From contig OZ241325.1 of the NCBI GenBank assembly GCA_965200025.1, positions 844,674 to 908,673 of the forward strand: a DNA stretch of 64,000 nt, written 5' to 3'. The notes beneath the pieces are model-generated. The model worked only from the letters and a program-made list of their open reading frames with translations, searched no databases and was not told where the DNA came from. The DNA is from Bdellovibrionales bacterium (GTDB taxonomy: Bacteria > Bdellovibrionota > Bdellovibrionia > Bdellovibrionales > UBA1609). Below, in pieces: positions 34,604 to 44,120 of this stretch (position 1 is its first letter; every line of letters starts with the position of its first letter). Both the position numbers and the translations under genes were made by a program.

Positions 34604-35767
34604 TCACCGGGAAAGAAAAAGGGAAGTGTAGCGTCGGCTGCGGTGATGAGTGGGAACAGCTTTTTTACGCTTAAAATCCCTGTTCTCTTTTCTGTCTCTA
34701 AAGCTTCCCTCCCGAAGAAAAAGGCTTTCCTCTTCATCATCCTCTTCTGCTGCGGCTTCCTCTTCTGCGGTTTTATCCTCCTCTGAGTCTTCCCCCCAAT
34801 CATCTGTTAGGGGGGTGGCTTCACCATTCAGTGTTTGTACAATACGATTTGACAGGGCTGTGTAATCCTCTTCACAGATGCTAAAGACCTCCCCTCCCGT
34901 GGCCCGGCTGAGGGCCTGAATACTGTGTCCATAATGGTTGGACCTCAAACTTAAAACGGGTTGAGCTTTTTTGTCCTGCTTTTTGCATTCCTCATCTTCA
35001 GGAACAATAATCAGCCCAAAGACAAAAAATCTTTTTTCCGAACCATATACAGATTGAAAATCAGATATCACCTCTTCCGGCGAAAAACGCTTCTTTGGTT
35101 TTTTTAAAGGTTCCTCATCTGTGTTGGTCAGGATAAGAGCCACAAGGTCGGCCTCCTCACGGATAATATCCTGGTTGGCGGAAAAAGCCTGCGACAAAGC
35201 CCTTAAAGGCTGCACCAAAGCCCCATGACAAAAGGGGGGGTTGAGCCGGCACTGAGACAAAGAGGGATAAGTCAGAGTGTTGTAAAACACCTGCTCATAG
35301 TCTTTCAGATCGGGATCGATAAACCTGCGTTTTAAGATTTTTCCCCCTGAGGCGGATTCCAGATTCATGGCCGCTCCATTAAGAGCCTTTTTGTCCCTCA
35401 AAGAGGAAAGAAAAACATCCGAATTACTCACATCCGTATGGGTGATGAGTACTCTCCAGTCTTTGTCTTCAAAAGGGGAAAGAAAATTCAAAAACCGGTG
35501 TTCAAAAGCCCTTGTCAGGTAAAACCTCATATCTTCACTGGTGTCCAAAACAAACAGGAGATCAAAGGGTCTGTCTTCGTAAGAGTTTTGGTTTTCCCCC
35601 TCCTCTTTCAGATCTTTAAAACCCCCTGTGCGGTCTCTGTTGACTTCCCCCTCCCTGTCCCTGCGGGAGGACTGCTGCGATGTGCTGGTCATCTTCTGGC
35701 ATGCCACAAGCAAAAACACCATAAAAAATATAAAAACCGTTCTCAATGTTTTTGACCCCTCCCCCAC
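34604..35767 (-). CDS. lipoprotein with von Willebrand factor A-like domain and acidic C-terminal tail
   Basis: Lipobox LLVAC. DLLFVLDTSEDM is MIDAS-like. The GTG start is followed by GGGGAGGGG. Confidence 0.5.
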   Translation of the reverse strand: MGEGSKTLRTVFIFFMVFLLVACQKMTSTSQQSSRRDREGEVNRDRTGGFKDLKEEGENQNSYEDRPFDLLFVLDTSEDMRFYLTRAFEHRFLNFLSPFEDKDWRVLITHTDVSNSDVFLSSLRDKKALNGAAMNLESASGGKILKRRFIDPDLKDYEQVFYNTLTYPSLSQCRLNPPFCHGALVQPLRALSQAFSANQDIIREEADLVALILTNTDEEPLKKPKKRFSPEEVISDFQSVYGSEKRFFVFGLIIVPEDEECKKQDKKAQPVLSLRSNHYGHSIQALSRATGGEVFSICEEDYTALSNRIVQTLNGEATPLTDDWGEDSEEDKTAEEEAAAEEDDEEESLFLREGSFRDRKENRDFKRKKAVPTHHRSRRYTSLFLSR

Positions 35768-35999
35768 TTTTTGTAAAGAGAACCAAAACTTTCCCTACCG
35801 GCTAAAACCACTTCCCTTGCATCAGGTTTAAAAAACCAAATTCCTTTACATTATAACCAGCTTAAAACACAAAAAACAAAAAGCCTTTAAAAAATCCAGA
35901 CCACAGCAACAAAACCACCCGGGCCACCCCATTTAAAAGAGAGGGCAATACCCACCTGTCCGACAAAAATACAAAGCACCCCCCGGGCCGCTTCCTGCT

Positions 36000-37289
36000 C
36001 TAGGAAAGTGTTTGTTTTTCCCCGTTTTGAGAGGAGGGAAGACACTCTTTTGCCATCTGTGCCTGAAGAACCTTGGGCAAAGACACAGTTCCGTCTGATT
36101 TTTGGTGATTTTCCAAAAACACAGCCAAAAGCCTGGGAACAGCCACAGCGGTATTGTTTAGGGTGTGGCAGTAATGGACTTTTTGGTCTGCACTTTTGTA
36201 CCTTAAACCTGTTCTTCGGGCCTGCCACTCCCTTAAGGAGGAGCAGCTGTGTGTTTCCACATACTTGTTCAGCGAAGGCAAAAAACACTCTATGTCATGC
36301 ATCATATACTTGCCCGGTCCCATATCCCCTGTGGAAACCAAAACCACCCGGTAGGGAATTTCAAAAGCCTGTAAAATATCCTCTGCGGTGTGGAGCAAAA
36401 AATTATGCCACTTGCGGGTACTTTCCTCACTGTTCTCACAGATTACAAACTGTTCCAGTTTTCGAAACTGATGCACTCTTAAAAGACCTTTCACATCCTG
36501 TCCAAAAGAGCCTGCCTCCCGCCGAAAACAGGAGCTTAAACCCGCCATTAAAACAGGAAGCCTGCTGTGTTTTAACACCTCCCCCTGGTAAAGACTGTTG
36601 AGAAAAACCTCAGAAGTGCCTGACAAATAAAGCTGGTCTTTTTCCACAGGGTAAATATCCGCCTCCCCTTCGGGAAAATGCCCGCTTCCCACAAGGGCTT
36701 TTCGGTTGGAAAAACTGGGACAGCTGATAAGCTCAAAACCTTTTTTTACCAAAAAAGCCGCTGCCCAGTCCAAAAGAGCCTGCTCCAAAAACACCGCATC
36801 CCCCTTTAAAGCATAAGTGCGGGAGCCGGACACACCAGCCGTTCTTAAAAAATCAGCCCACTGGTTTTGGGACAAAATCTCTATATGACTTTTGGGCTTC
36901 TTTAAAGCCTGCCCCCAGGTTTTTATCACCTTGTTAGAGCGGGAGTCTTTACCCACAGGGGCTTGCTTACAGGGAATGTTGGGAACCCTGAGCATTAAAG
37001 AATCAAACTCCTTTTTTTTACTTTTTTGTAAAGCCTGATGTTCCTGAATTTGAAGGGCCAGCTTTTTTCCCTCTTCCACAACCCGGGTTTTTTGCTCCGG
37101 GGTCCTGGCCGATTTAAAACCCCGGGCATTGATGTTCTTTTTCCTTTGCAGCTCCTGAAGAGAGGCGGTTAAACCCGCAAGCTCTTTATCCGTATGTAAA
37201 AGATGGTCCAGATCCAGGTCCATGTTTTTTGCCCGAAGAGCCTGAAGGACCTCTTCCTTATGTTTTCTGATGTATTTGATATCCAACAT
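36000..37289 (-). CDS. serS: seryl-tRNA synthetase
   Basis: 429 aa with an N-terminal coiled-coil arm (MLDIKYIR) and class II motifs (FRREAGS, TLNNTAVAVPR). Confidence 0.9.
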   Translation of the reverse strand: MLDIKYIRKHKEEVLQALRAKNMDLDLDHLLHTDKELAGLTASLQELQRKKNINARGFKSARTPEQKTRVVEEGKKLALQIQEHQALQKSKKKEFDSLMLRVPNIPCKQAPVGKDSRSNKVIKTWGQALKKPKSHIEILSQNQWADFLRTAGVSGSRTYALKGDAVFLEQALLDWAAAFLVKKGFELISCPSFSNRKALVGSGHFPEGEADIYPVEKDQLYLSGTSEVFLNSLYQGEVLKHSRLPVLMAGLSSCFRREAGSFGQDVKGLLRVHQFRKLEQFVICENSEESTRKWHNFLLHTAEDILQAFEIPYRVVLVSTGDMGPGKYMMHDIECFLPSLNKYVETHSCSSLREWQARRTGLRYKSADQKVHYCHTLNNTAVAVPRLLAVFLENHQKSDGTVSLPKVLQAQMAKECLPSSQNGEKQTLS

Positions 37290-37468
37290 TTTTTCTTTTT
37301 CCCAAAGCTCCCATGGAATTTAACTGTGACCAGATATGGTGCAAATCCAATGTTTTTTCCTCACAACCCCCAACAGGATACCCATCAGCATCCCAAATAA
37401 CAGTACAAGACAGAAGATTTAACGCAACAAGACATAAAACCACACCAGACTTTTTTTATACAATATAA

Positions 37469-38542
37469 CTCACAAAACATAAGAGCTGCCTCATATCCCT
37501 GCTTCATACCTTCCTCCCCCTCCCGGAAGAGCGTAAAATCACCTCCCTCAACATTCTGGACCCAAAGCTCCACCCCTCTTCAGACAACCTGGCAGAAAAA
37601 AACTCCATCTGCGACCTCAAACTCACCCTCAACACCGGGGAAAAAGTGAATGTGGAAATGCAAAACTTCCCCGAAAAACACTTCTTTAAAAGAACGCTTT
37701 TTTACCTGTCCCGTCTGTACACAGAAGGTTTAAAAAAAGGGGGAAGCTACAACCAACTGCCAGACACCTATCTGTTGATTTTAACCAATTTTACCCTGTT
37801 TAAACAGGCAGAGGCTTACTATTCCTCTTTTTCTTTGAGGAGGGATGAGGTTCCTCATTTTATGTTCCACCGGGCATTAAGGGTGGTGACTGTAGAGCTG
37901 GGCAAGTTTCCTGAAAAGAGAATAAGTGCTTTACTTGACTTAAAAGAGCAGTGGTGCTATATGTTAAGGAGGTCGTTCAGGATGGGCAGAGAAGAGCTCA
38001 ACCGTTTGGGGGAAAGGAGTAGTGATATGAAGCAGGTGACGAATCATTTTTTGGAGTTAAGTGCTTCGGAGCAGGACCGGCTTTTGGAAGAGCATCGTGA
38101 GAAGTCGAGGCTGGTTTTACACAACCAGAGAGAGTATGTGAGGGAGAAAATCCACAGGCAAGTGGGGGAATACATGAAGAGGATGGCAGAGGGTACAACA
38201 GAAGATATGGAAATAGAACCAGACATAAAAGAAATTATAGAACAGGAAATACAAGAAAGTATGGAACAAATTAGAAAAGCAGGTATGGAAGCAGGTAGAA
38301 GAAAAGGTATGGAACAAGGTAGAAAAAAAGGTATGGAACAAGGTAGAAAAAAAGGTATGGAACAAGGTAGAAAAAAAGGTATGGAACAAGGTAGAAGAAA
38401 AGGTATGGAACAAGGCATGGAAGCAGGTGTGAAGCAGGTGATTTTGCAGATGCTGAAGGAAAAAGCAGACATTAATTTTATATCCAGAGTAACAGGAATC
38501 ACAAAAGAAAAAGTGTTAAAACTCAAAACAAAAATTGATTAA
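37469..38542 (+). pseudogene. Rpn/YhgA-like nuclease gene lacking its 5' end and a canonical start
   Basis: The open frame extends upstream of the track start (GTG 37646) to 37469 and encodes ICDLKLTLNTGEKVNVEMQN (D...ExQ core). There is no ATG/GTG/TTG before the core, and serS begins 180 bp upstream. Confidence 0.6.
38282..38428 (+). repeat. 24-bp in-frame tandem repeat, about 6 copies (GMEQGRKK)n
   Basis: GGTATGGAACAAGGTAGAAAAAAA is repeated head to tail with A/G variants. Confidence 0.95.
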
Positions 38543-38717
38543 AAAGTAGGGGTAAAAATGGTGAAACTTCAATGACAAAAAAGAAAACCAAGCACATTTT
38601 GTTGCCCAAAAATCATTAAAACAACCCACTTAAGGTAAGCTTGAACCATGATGATTAAAGCAGACCTCTTAAAGTACCCTTGAATCCAAAAGAAAAAACT
38701 TATAAGAAAGATACAGT

Positions 38718-39317
38718 GTGGCTTCACTTTTTTATCCTTCCATTGTTTTGGCCAGTGCCTCAGCTTCCCGTAAAGCTCAGCTAAAGGCTTTGGGCTTTAC
38801 TTTTACTGTACAGGTTTCCGGTGTGGATGAGGATCCCTACAAGTCTTTGGCAGAAGACCCAAAAAAAATATGCCAAAAGATTGCCCGGGCAAAAGCCAAA
38901 AAGGTGGCAGGGCTTTTCCCAAAGGCTCTTGTACTGGCAGGGGATCAGATGGCCGTACTGAAGGGGAAGATTTTTAACAAAACCCCCACGCAAAAACAGG
39001 CCTTTGAGGCCTTAATGAAGCTTCAGGGTCAAAAGCACCATCTTCTGACAGCCCTTCATATCTGTTATGGAAAAAAGTCTTTTGCCCACCTTCAGATCAA
39101 CACCATGCACATGAGGGAGTTAAGCCCTGAGCAGGTGCTTCGCTATGTAAAAGCAGCCAAACCCATTGATTGTGCCGGCTCTTACGCTTTGGAGCGAAAA
39201 GGCATTGGCCTGTTTCAAAAAATACAAACAGCCGATCAAAGTGCTGTGGTGGGCTTTCCCCTGATAGTTCTTATTAACCAGCTGATAAAATGGAAAATTG
39301 CCCTTCCCTTTTTGTAA
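38718..39317 (+). CDS. maf: Maf-family nucleotide pyrophosphatase
   Basis: VLASASASRKAQL, AGSYALE and GFPL motifs. Confidence 0.85.
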   Translation: MASLFYPSIVLASASASRKAQLKALGFTFTVQVSGVDEDPYKSLAEDPKKICQKIARAKAKKVAGLFPKALVLAGDQMAVLKGKIFNKTPTQKQAFEALMKLQGQKHHLLTALHICYGKKSFAHLQINTMHMRELSPEQVLRYVKAAKPIDCAGSYALERKGIGLFQKIQTADQSAVVGFPLIVLINQLIKWKIALPFL

Positions 39318-39358
39318 CAAAAGCAATAAAAAGTGTTTTTTAAGCAGAGTTTAAATTT

Positions 39359-40429
39359 ATGGCCTCATGGACTTACTTTCACACCCTGGACCCTTTTCTG
39401 ATAGCCTTTACAGAAAGCCTGGGAATCCGCTGGTACTCTCTGGCTTACCTGCTGGGTTTTTTTATGAGCTATGTTCTTATAAAGCACTGGCTTATTAAAA
39501 CCAAAACCACAGCCTTTACAGAAAAAACCCTGACAGATTTTATTGTTTGGGTGGCTTTTGGAATCATCTTGGGGGGGCGGGTGGGTTACGCCCTGTTTTA
39601 CAGCCCTTCTCTTTTTATGGAATTTAATGCGGATTTTCCCTTCTGGGAGCTGTTGAAAATCTACAAAGGGGGGCTTTCCAGCCACGGAGGTATTTTTGGC
39701 CTGACAGCGGCCTGTTTTTTATTTGCCAGAAAACACAAAATAGCGTTTTTTCACTGTCTGGATTTAACTGTTCTGGGGGCCTCTTTTGGGATTTTTTTTG
39801 GCAGGCTTGCCAACTTCATTAATGGAGAGCTTTTTGGCCGGGTGATTCAAAACTATGCCCCTGTGGCTGTGCAGTTTCCCCAGGAGATGCTGCTTTGGCT
39901 TTCAGAAAAAAACACCGCCTCCTTACATGCCTTAAAACAGGCGGTAAGTCACTTAAAAAACACAAACCTGAAGGCTCACCAGTGGACCGATCTCATCCAC
40001 CAGTTTGAAGCCACAGGTGCAGGTCATTATCAAATTTACCAGGTGATATCCGCTTTGATAAAAGCCTGTGAGAGGGGGCAGCAGGCAGTGGTAAATGCTT
40101 TAAGTCTTGTGCTTTCTCACCGCCATCCTTCGCAAATTTATCAGGCTTTGCTGGAGGGTCTTATACCTTTTTTATTGGTGTGGTGGCTGTGGAGGGCAAA
40201 ACCACAAAGAGCGGGCCTGACAGCCAGTTTTTGGATGCTGGCTTACGCCCTGATGCGTATTGTGGGGGAGCAGTTTCGTATGCCGGACTCTCAGCTGGGT
40301 TTCAGAGCCTGGGGACTGACAAGGGGGCAGTGGCTCAGTGTTTTTATGCTTCTGTGGGTGGGGCTTTGTTTTTTTCTGGTGTGGAAAAGCAAAAACCCAA
40401 AAAAATGGGGAGGCTGGAAAGCCTCTTAA
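39359..40429 (+). CDS. lgt: prolipoprotein diacylglyceryl transferase (with an internal insertion)
   Basis: GIRWYSLAYLLGF, GGRVGY, GGLSSHGG and GRLANFINGELFGR motifs. At 356 aa it is longer than typical Lgt. Confidence 0.85.
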   Translation: MASWTYFHTLDPFLIAFTESLGIRWYSLAYLLGFFMSYVLIKHWLIKTKTTAFTEKTLTDFIVWVAFGIILGGRVGYALFYSPSLFMEFNADFPFWELLKIYKGGLSSHGGIFGLTAACFLFARKHKIAFFHCLDLTVLGASFGIFFGRLANFINGELFGRVIQNYAPVAVQFPQEMLLWLSEKNTASLHALKQAVSHLKNTNLKAHQWTDLIHQFEATGAGHYQIYQVISALIKACERGQQAVVNALSLVLSHRHPSQIYQALLEGLIPFLLVWWLWRAKPQRAGLTASFWMLAYALMRIVGEQFRMPDSQLGFRAWGLTRGQWLSVFMLLWVGLCFFLVWKSKNPKKWGGWKAS

Positions 40430-42075
40430 AGCCCGGTGTAGCCCTTGCAGCTCAGTCTTTTGGTTTGGCACATGTAACGGTAGCGGTTGCTTATTCTTTC
40501 AAAAATATTTTCGTGCGGGCTACCCAATTTACCGACCACAGGGTTAATGTTTTTTTTGGATTTTCCAAAGAGTTTTTTTAAATCCAGAGAAGCCATTTTT
40601 CTGCCTTTTTCTTTGGCCCCTTTTGCTCTTCTTTGGTCCCACTTGCCACCCCCTCCCCGGCTGGAGTTGTACCCATAACCACCAAAACCTTTGCTTCCCT
40701 TATAACCACCGGCAAGCACTTTGCCGGCTCCCCCTTTGGCTGTGGCTGCTTTTTGTTTTTTGCCCTGATCTCCATAACCACTGCCTGCCCCGGAACCTCC
40801 TCCTGCACTGCCACCACTGGCCCCTCCACTGCTGCTGCCACTCACAAGGCCTCCGGAACCGGGAAGAGCACCGGGGAATTTGTCCTCATCATCCCCATCC
40901 ACTACCAAATCAGGGGGGGCAATGGGGTGTTCATTTGTGTTGGAGGAATTGGAACCTCCCGGCTTTTTTGTGTCTTCTTCTGTGGTATCCCCTCCTCCGA
41001 TACTGCTGCCCCACTCCTCACCTCCCAGGTTAAAGGGAATGTTGGGGCGGGTAAGCCCCCCGGGGGGGGGTGGTCTATAAACCCCTCTTCCGCCTGCAAA
41101 TTTTTGACAGGCCTGGCTTAAAGCCATACTCTGTATGGCTTTTTCCATAAAACCATTTAAAGCCTCATCAAACAAATTACTGACATTTTTGCACTCTTTA
41201 ACAATACCGGAAAGAGGGATTTTTTTATCATTAAAAAGAGGGTCCGGGTTAAGATCAGAGGCACACTTGTCTTTCTTAAATTCTTTTTCCACATACTTTT
41301 CAAAAAAATCTTTTGTACAGGTAAACTCCGGCTTGTATTCTATTTTGCTTAAATCTGTGTCTTCGGAGTCTTCAGGTTCTTCAGATTCTTCACTACTTTC
41401 ACCAGAATCCTGATTTGATTCCTCTTCAAAAAGGCTACAAGCCTGGTTTAATCTTGTTTTCACTTTTTTTATGGCCTCACCACATGTTTTTTTGCATTTG
41501 TTGATTTTTAAATAGCACTCGGTTTTAACGGCTTTGGCATGGGCTGTGTTGGCGAGCATGCCGTCTTTCAGCATCTGGCATCTGTCGTTAATACCCCCCC
41601 CCGCCATGTTTTTAAAAACGGCTGTAAAGGTAAAAGGAACTTGCAGCATATTGGCCCGGCATTTTTCAGGGTAATGGCAACACATGGCTGCATTCTCATA
41701 AACTTCTTTACAGATCTCTTTGGCCTCTTTTATGGCTTTTTCTATGTTTGTTTCTCTTGTGGTTTCCCCTTCTTTATCTCTTCCTCTTTTACTTTGAAGA
41801 CCCACCCGGCAACCTTCAGGTTTGGCTGCTGCACTGCAAATACATTTACTTGTTGTTGCTGACGGGACTCTTATTCCGCTATTAGATACAGATGCTGCTG
41901 ACCAGCCTATATTTTGCATATCATTCTCAGGAATACATAAACAATCTTCTGGGGGAGTGGCTGTTGTACCGCCACATTCCGGGTAAGATGTTGTTTCCTC
42001 TGCCTCCTCTTCTGCCAGAGTTGGAGGGGAAAAAGTCAAAGAAGCCACCATAAAAGTTAAAAACAACAAAATCAT
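40426..42075 (-). CDS. secreted protein with a Cys-rich central region and a Gly/Ser-rich, Lys-rich C-terminus
   Basis: Signal peptide MILLFLTFMVASLTFSPPTLA. AGGAAGG RBS. No family recognised. Confidence 0.55.
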   Translation of the reverse strand: MILLFLTFMVASLTFSPPTLAEEEAEETTSYPECGGTTATPPEDCLCIPENDMQNIGWSAASVSNSGIRVPSATTSKCICSAAAKPEGCRVGLQSKRGRDKEGETTRETNIEKAIKEAKEICKEVYENAAMCCHYPEKCRANMLQVPFTFTAVFKNMAGGGINDRCQMLKDGMLANTAHAKAVKTECYLKINKCKKTCGEAIKKVKTRLNQACSLFEEESNQDSGESSEESEEPEDSEDTDLSKIEYKPEFTCTKDFFEKYVEKEFKKDKCASDLNPDPLFNDKKIPLSGIVKECKNVSNLFDEALNGFMEKAIQSMALSQACQKFAGGRGVYRPPPPGGLTRPNIPFNLGGEEWGSSIGGGDTTEEDTKKPGGSNSSNTNEHPIAPPDLVVDGDDEDKFPGALPGSGGLVSGSSSGGASGGSAGGGSGAGSGYGDQGKKQKAATAKGGAGKVLAGGYKGSKGFGGYGYNSSRGGGGKWDQRRAKGAKEKGRKMASLDLKKLFGKSKKNINPVVGKLGSPHENIFERISNRYRYMCQTKRLSCKGYTGL

Positions 42076-42325
42076 TTTAAACTGCCTTCCTAAATTTTAA
42101 AAATCACTCACAAAACGAAACTGAGTATTGCTTTTTCTGCTTTACCCTCTCGTCATACTTCTTTACCAAACACATCCACTGACCCAATGTAGTTCCTCTC
42201 CAGTGTTTTATCCTCTGTACAACTATGCGTTATCCATCTCATTGAGACATGTTCTTCACCTGTGTATGACTTAAGCATTATCCATCTCCTGGGACTGCAA
42301 ATAAACTTTACCTTTTAAGCAGCTA

Positions 42326-42589
42326 TTAGCCACAGCCACTCTTCTTTTTTGGTCTTTGGATTCGGCTGGGGAAAGGGGGATGAGGGGGATTTTCGGGAGG
42401 AGAAGATGACACACTTCCGTCCCCCGCGGGGGCTTCCGGGGGAGATGCTGAAGGCTCTTCCGGAGGGCAGGGCCAACACCCCTCACCACATTCCGTACAA
42501 GAGGCCGGATAACCCGGCACACCTTCAGAAAAGGCCTGAAAACTCCACAACATTCCCAGTATCAAAAAACAACCACTGTATTTTATCAT
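42326..42589 (-). CDS. small secreted Cys/Pro-rich protein
   Basis: Signal peptide MIKYSGCFLILGMLWSFQAFS, then CTECGEGCWPC. Confidence 0.4.
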   Translation of the reverse strand: MIKYSGCFLILGMLWSFQAFSEGVPGYPASCTECGEGCWPCPPEEPSASPPEAPAGDGSVSSSPPENPPHPPFPSRIQRPKKKSGCG

Positions 42590-42836
42590 TAATTATTCCT
42601 TTCCCTTAAAATTATAAAAAACCTTAAACCACACTCTACTCAATCCCTTTGAGGCAAAAAAACCACTTTTTTTGTTCACAAGCTCTGCATTTTTAATTTT
42701 CGGAAAGTTTGTCTGATTTCTTAAATTTTTTATTTTTCTTTGAGTGGTCCCGTTTTCAGCAGCGGGCAGCCACAGGCTGAAAACCAAAAAATTTTTTTAG
42801 AGTTCTTCCCCCTCCGGCCGATACAGGCTAAGTGTT

Positions 42837-44081
42837 ATGAAAGCCCCCCTTCCACTTAAAAAACACTTTTTTGCTCTTCCTGAAGAGCTTAAGCCCTTTC
42901 AAGACCTGCCCCTTTTAAGCCTCATAAAAAGAGTTCTTAAAGGGGAGGATATGCGTTTGGTGGATTTAAACCAGGTGAGGGCCAATTACTCCACTTTAAC
43001 AAAAAGCTTTCCTTATGCAGAGGTTTATGCCGCTTTAAAAGCGGTATCCACCCCCCAGGTGCCAGAGCTTTTAAGGGATCTCAATGCCCGGTTTGAGGTG
43101 GCAAGCCTGGAGGAGGCCCTTAAACTGGAAAAACTTAAAATCCCCCCCCGGCACATTATCTTCACCCACCCGGACAAAGACCACATAGAGCTTCAACACC
43201 CCTTCGTAAAAAAATTGAAGGCTTTTGTCTCCGACAGCCCCTCTGACTTAAAAACTTTGGCCCGGTATGTTCCCAAAGCCTCTGTGCTTATTCGTATATC
43301 CCCTTTAAATCAGGATCAAAGCATAGGGCAGCGTTTTGGAGTAAGAGAGGAAGAAGCCAAAAAACTCATCCTTCAGGCTTTAAAACTCAAACTTAAACCC
43401 CGGGGTTTGACTTTTCATGTGGGAACACAAGCCCCCACAGCTCAAGCTTATAAAACCCCCATTCAAATTTCAGCCCGTATTTTTAAAGACATGAGAAAAC
43501 AAAACATCCCCCCCCTGGACACTTTGGATTTGGGAGGGGGGCTTCCCGCCCTCATAGACCCTCAGGTTCCCTCCTATAAAGAATTCGGCCGTAAAATCAA
43601 AAGCTATATAGACACATACTTTAAAGGCCACAGGCCCCCTTGTATCTTTATAGAGCCTGGCAGAAGCCTGAGCGGCACCGCTGGCATCACCCTGGGACGG
43701 GTGATAAGTACAAAAACCTTAAAAACCTCTGAGGGCAAAACCCACATGGTAACCCTTTCCACCGGACGATTTAATGCCGGACTGATTGGCATCGGACAAA
43801 AACTGATATTTTACCGCAGGCACCAGGCGGGTTTTCTGCGTTTAAAAAACCAGATGGAGGGGGCTGTTTATGGAAAGGTCTCTGCCACTATGGACAAAAC
43901 CCACCTTCAAAATCTTATTCCCATCCCCAAAAACCTGCAGGCCGGAGACCTGGCCCTGTGCCTTGGGACAGGGGCTTATGTGGATCAAATGTCCACAGAA
44001 TGGTGTGGAAAAAAAATCCCCACCAATATTATCTTCGACAGTGAAAAAAGCCCGAAGCTTGCCTTTAAAAAAGCCTCTTGA
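42837..44081 (+). CDS. PLP-dependent decarboxylase, Orn/DAP/Arg decarboxylase (alanine-racemase fold) family
   Basis: YAALKAV (PLP Lys region), HVGTQ, DLGGGLP, EPGRSL and GTGAY motifs. Confidence 0.7.
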   Translation: MKAPLPLKKHFFALPEELKPFQDLPLLSLIKRVLKGEDMRLVDLNQVRANYSTLTKSFPYAEVYAALKAVSTPQVPELLRDLNARFEVASLEEALKLEKLKIPPRHIIFTHPDKDHIELQHPFVKKLKAFVSDSPSDLKTLARYVPKASVLIRISPLNQDQSIGQRFGVREEEAKKLILQALKLKLKPRGLTFHVGTQAPTAQAYKTPIQISARIFKDMRKQNIPPLDTLDLGGGLPALIDPQVPSYKEFGRKIKSYIDTYFKGHRPPCIFIEPGRSLSGTAGITLGRVISTKTLKTSEGKTHMVTLSTGRFNAGLIGIGQKLIFYRRHQAGFLRLKNQMEGAVYGKVSATMDKTHLQNLIPIPKNLQAGDLALCLGTGAYVDQMSTEWCGKKIPTNIIFDSEKSPKLAFKKAS

Positions 44082-44120
44082 CACTTAAAAGGCTTTTTGT
44101 TTTACTCACACGGTTTTTGA

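Noticed and set aside
36008-36601. 197-aa plus-strand ORF antisense to serS, and 35887-36288 on the minus strand
   Set aside because: These are shadow ORFs of the well-supported seryl-tRNA synthetase gene or its 3' flank. Their sequences are Pro/Cys/Phe-rich and unlike real proteins.
38282-38428. Tandem 24-bp repeats considered as a possible CRISPR or minisatellite array
   Set aside because: There are no spacers. The repeats are contiguous, in frame and translate to (GMEQGRKK)n inside the Rpn-like ORF. No cas genes are present in the window.
40426-40429. lgt and the convergent 549-aa gene share overlapping stop codons (TTAA)
   Set aside because: This is real but trivial. It is a 4-nt palindromic overlap of two convergent stops with no evident regulatory meaning.
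40487-41121. Several plus-strand ORFs antisense to the Gly/Ser-rich 3' part of 40426-42075
   Set aside because: They are produced by GGN/NCC repeat composition. The minus-strand frame has a signal peptide, an RBS and continuous coding.
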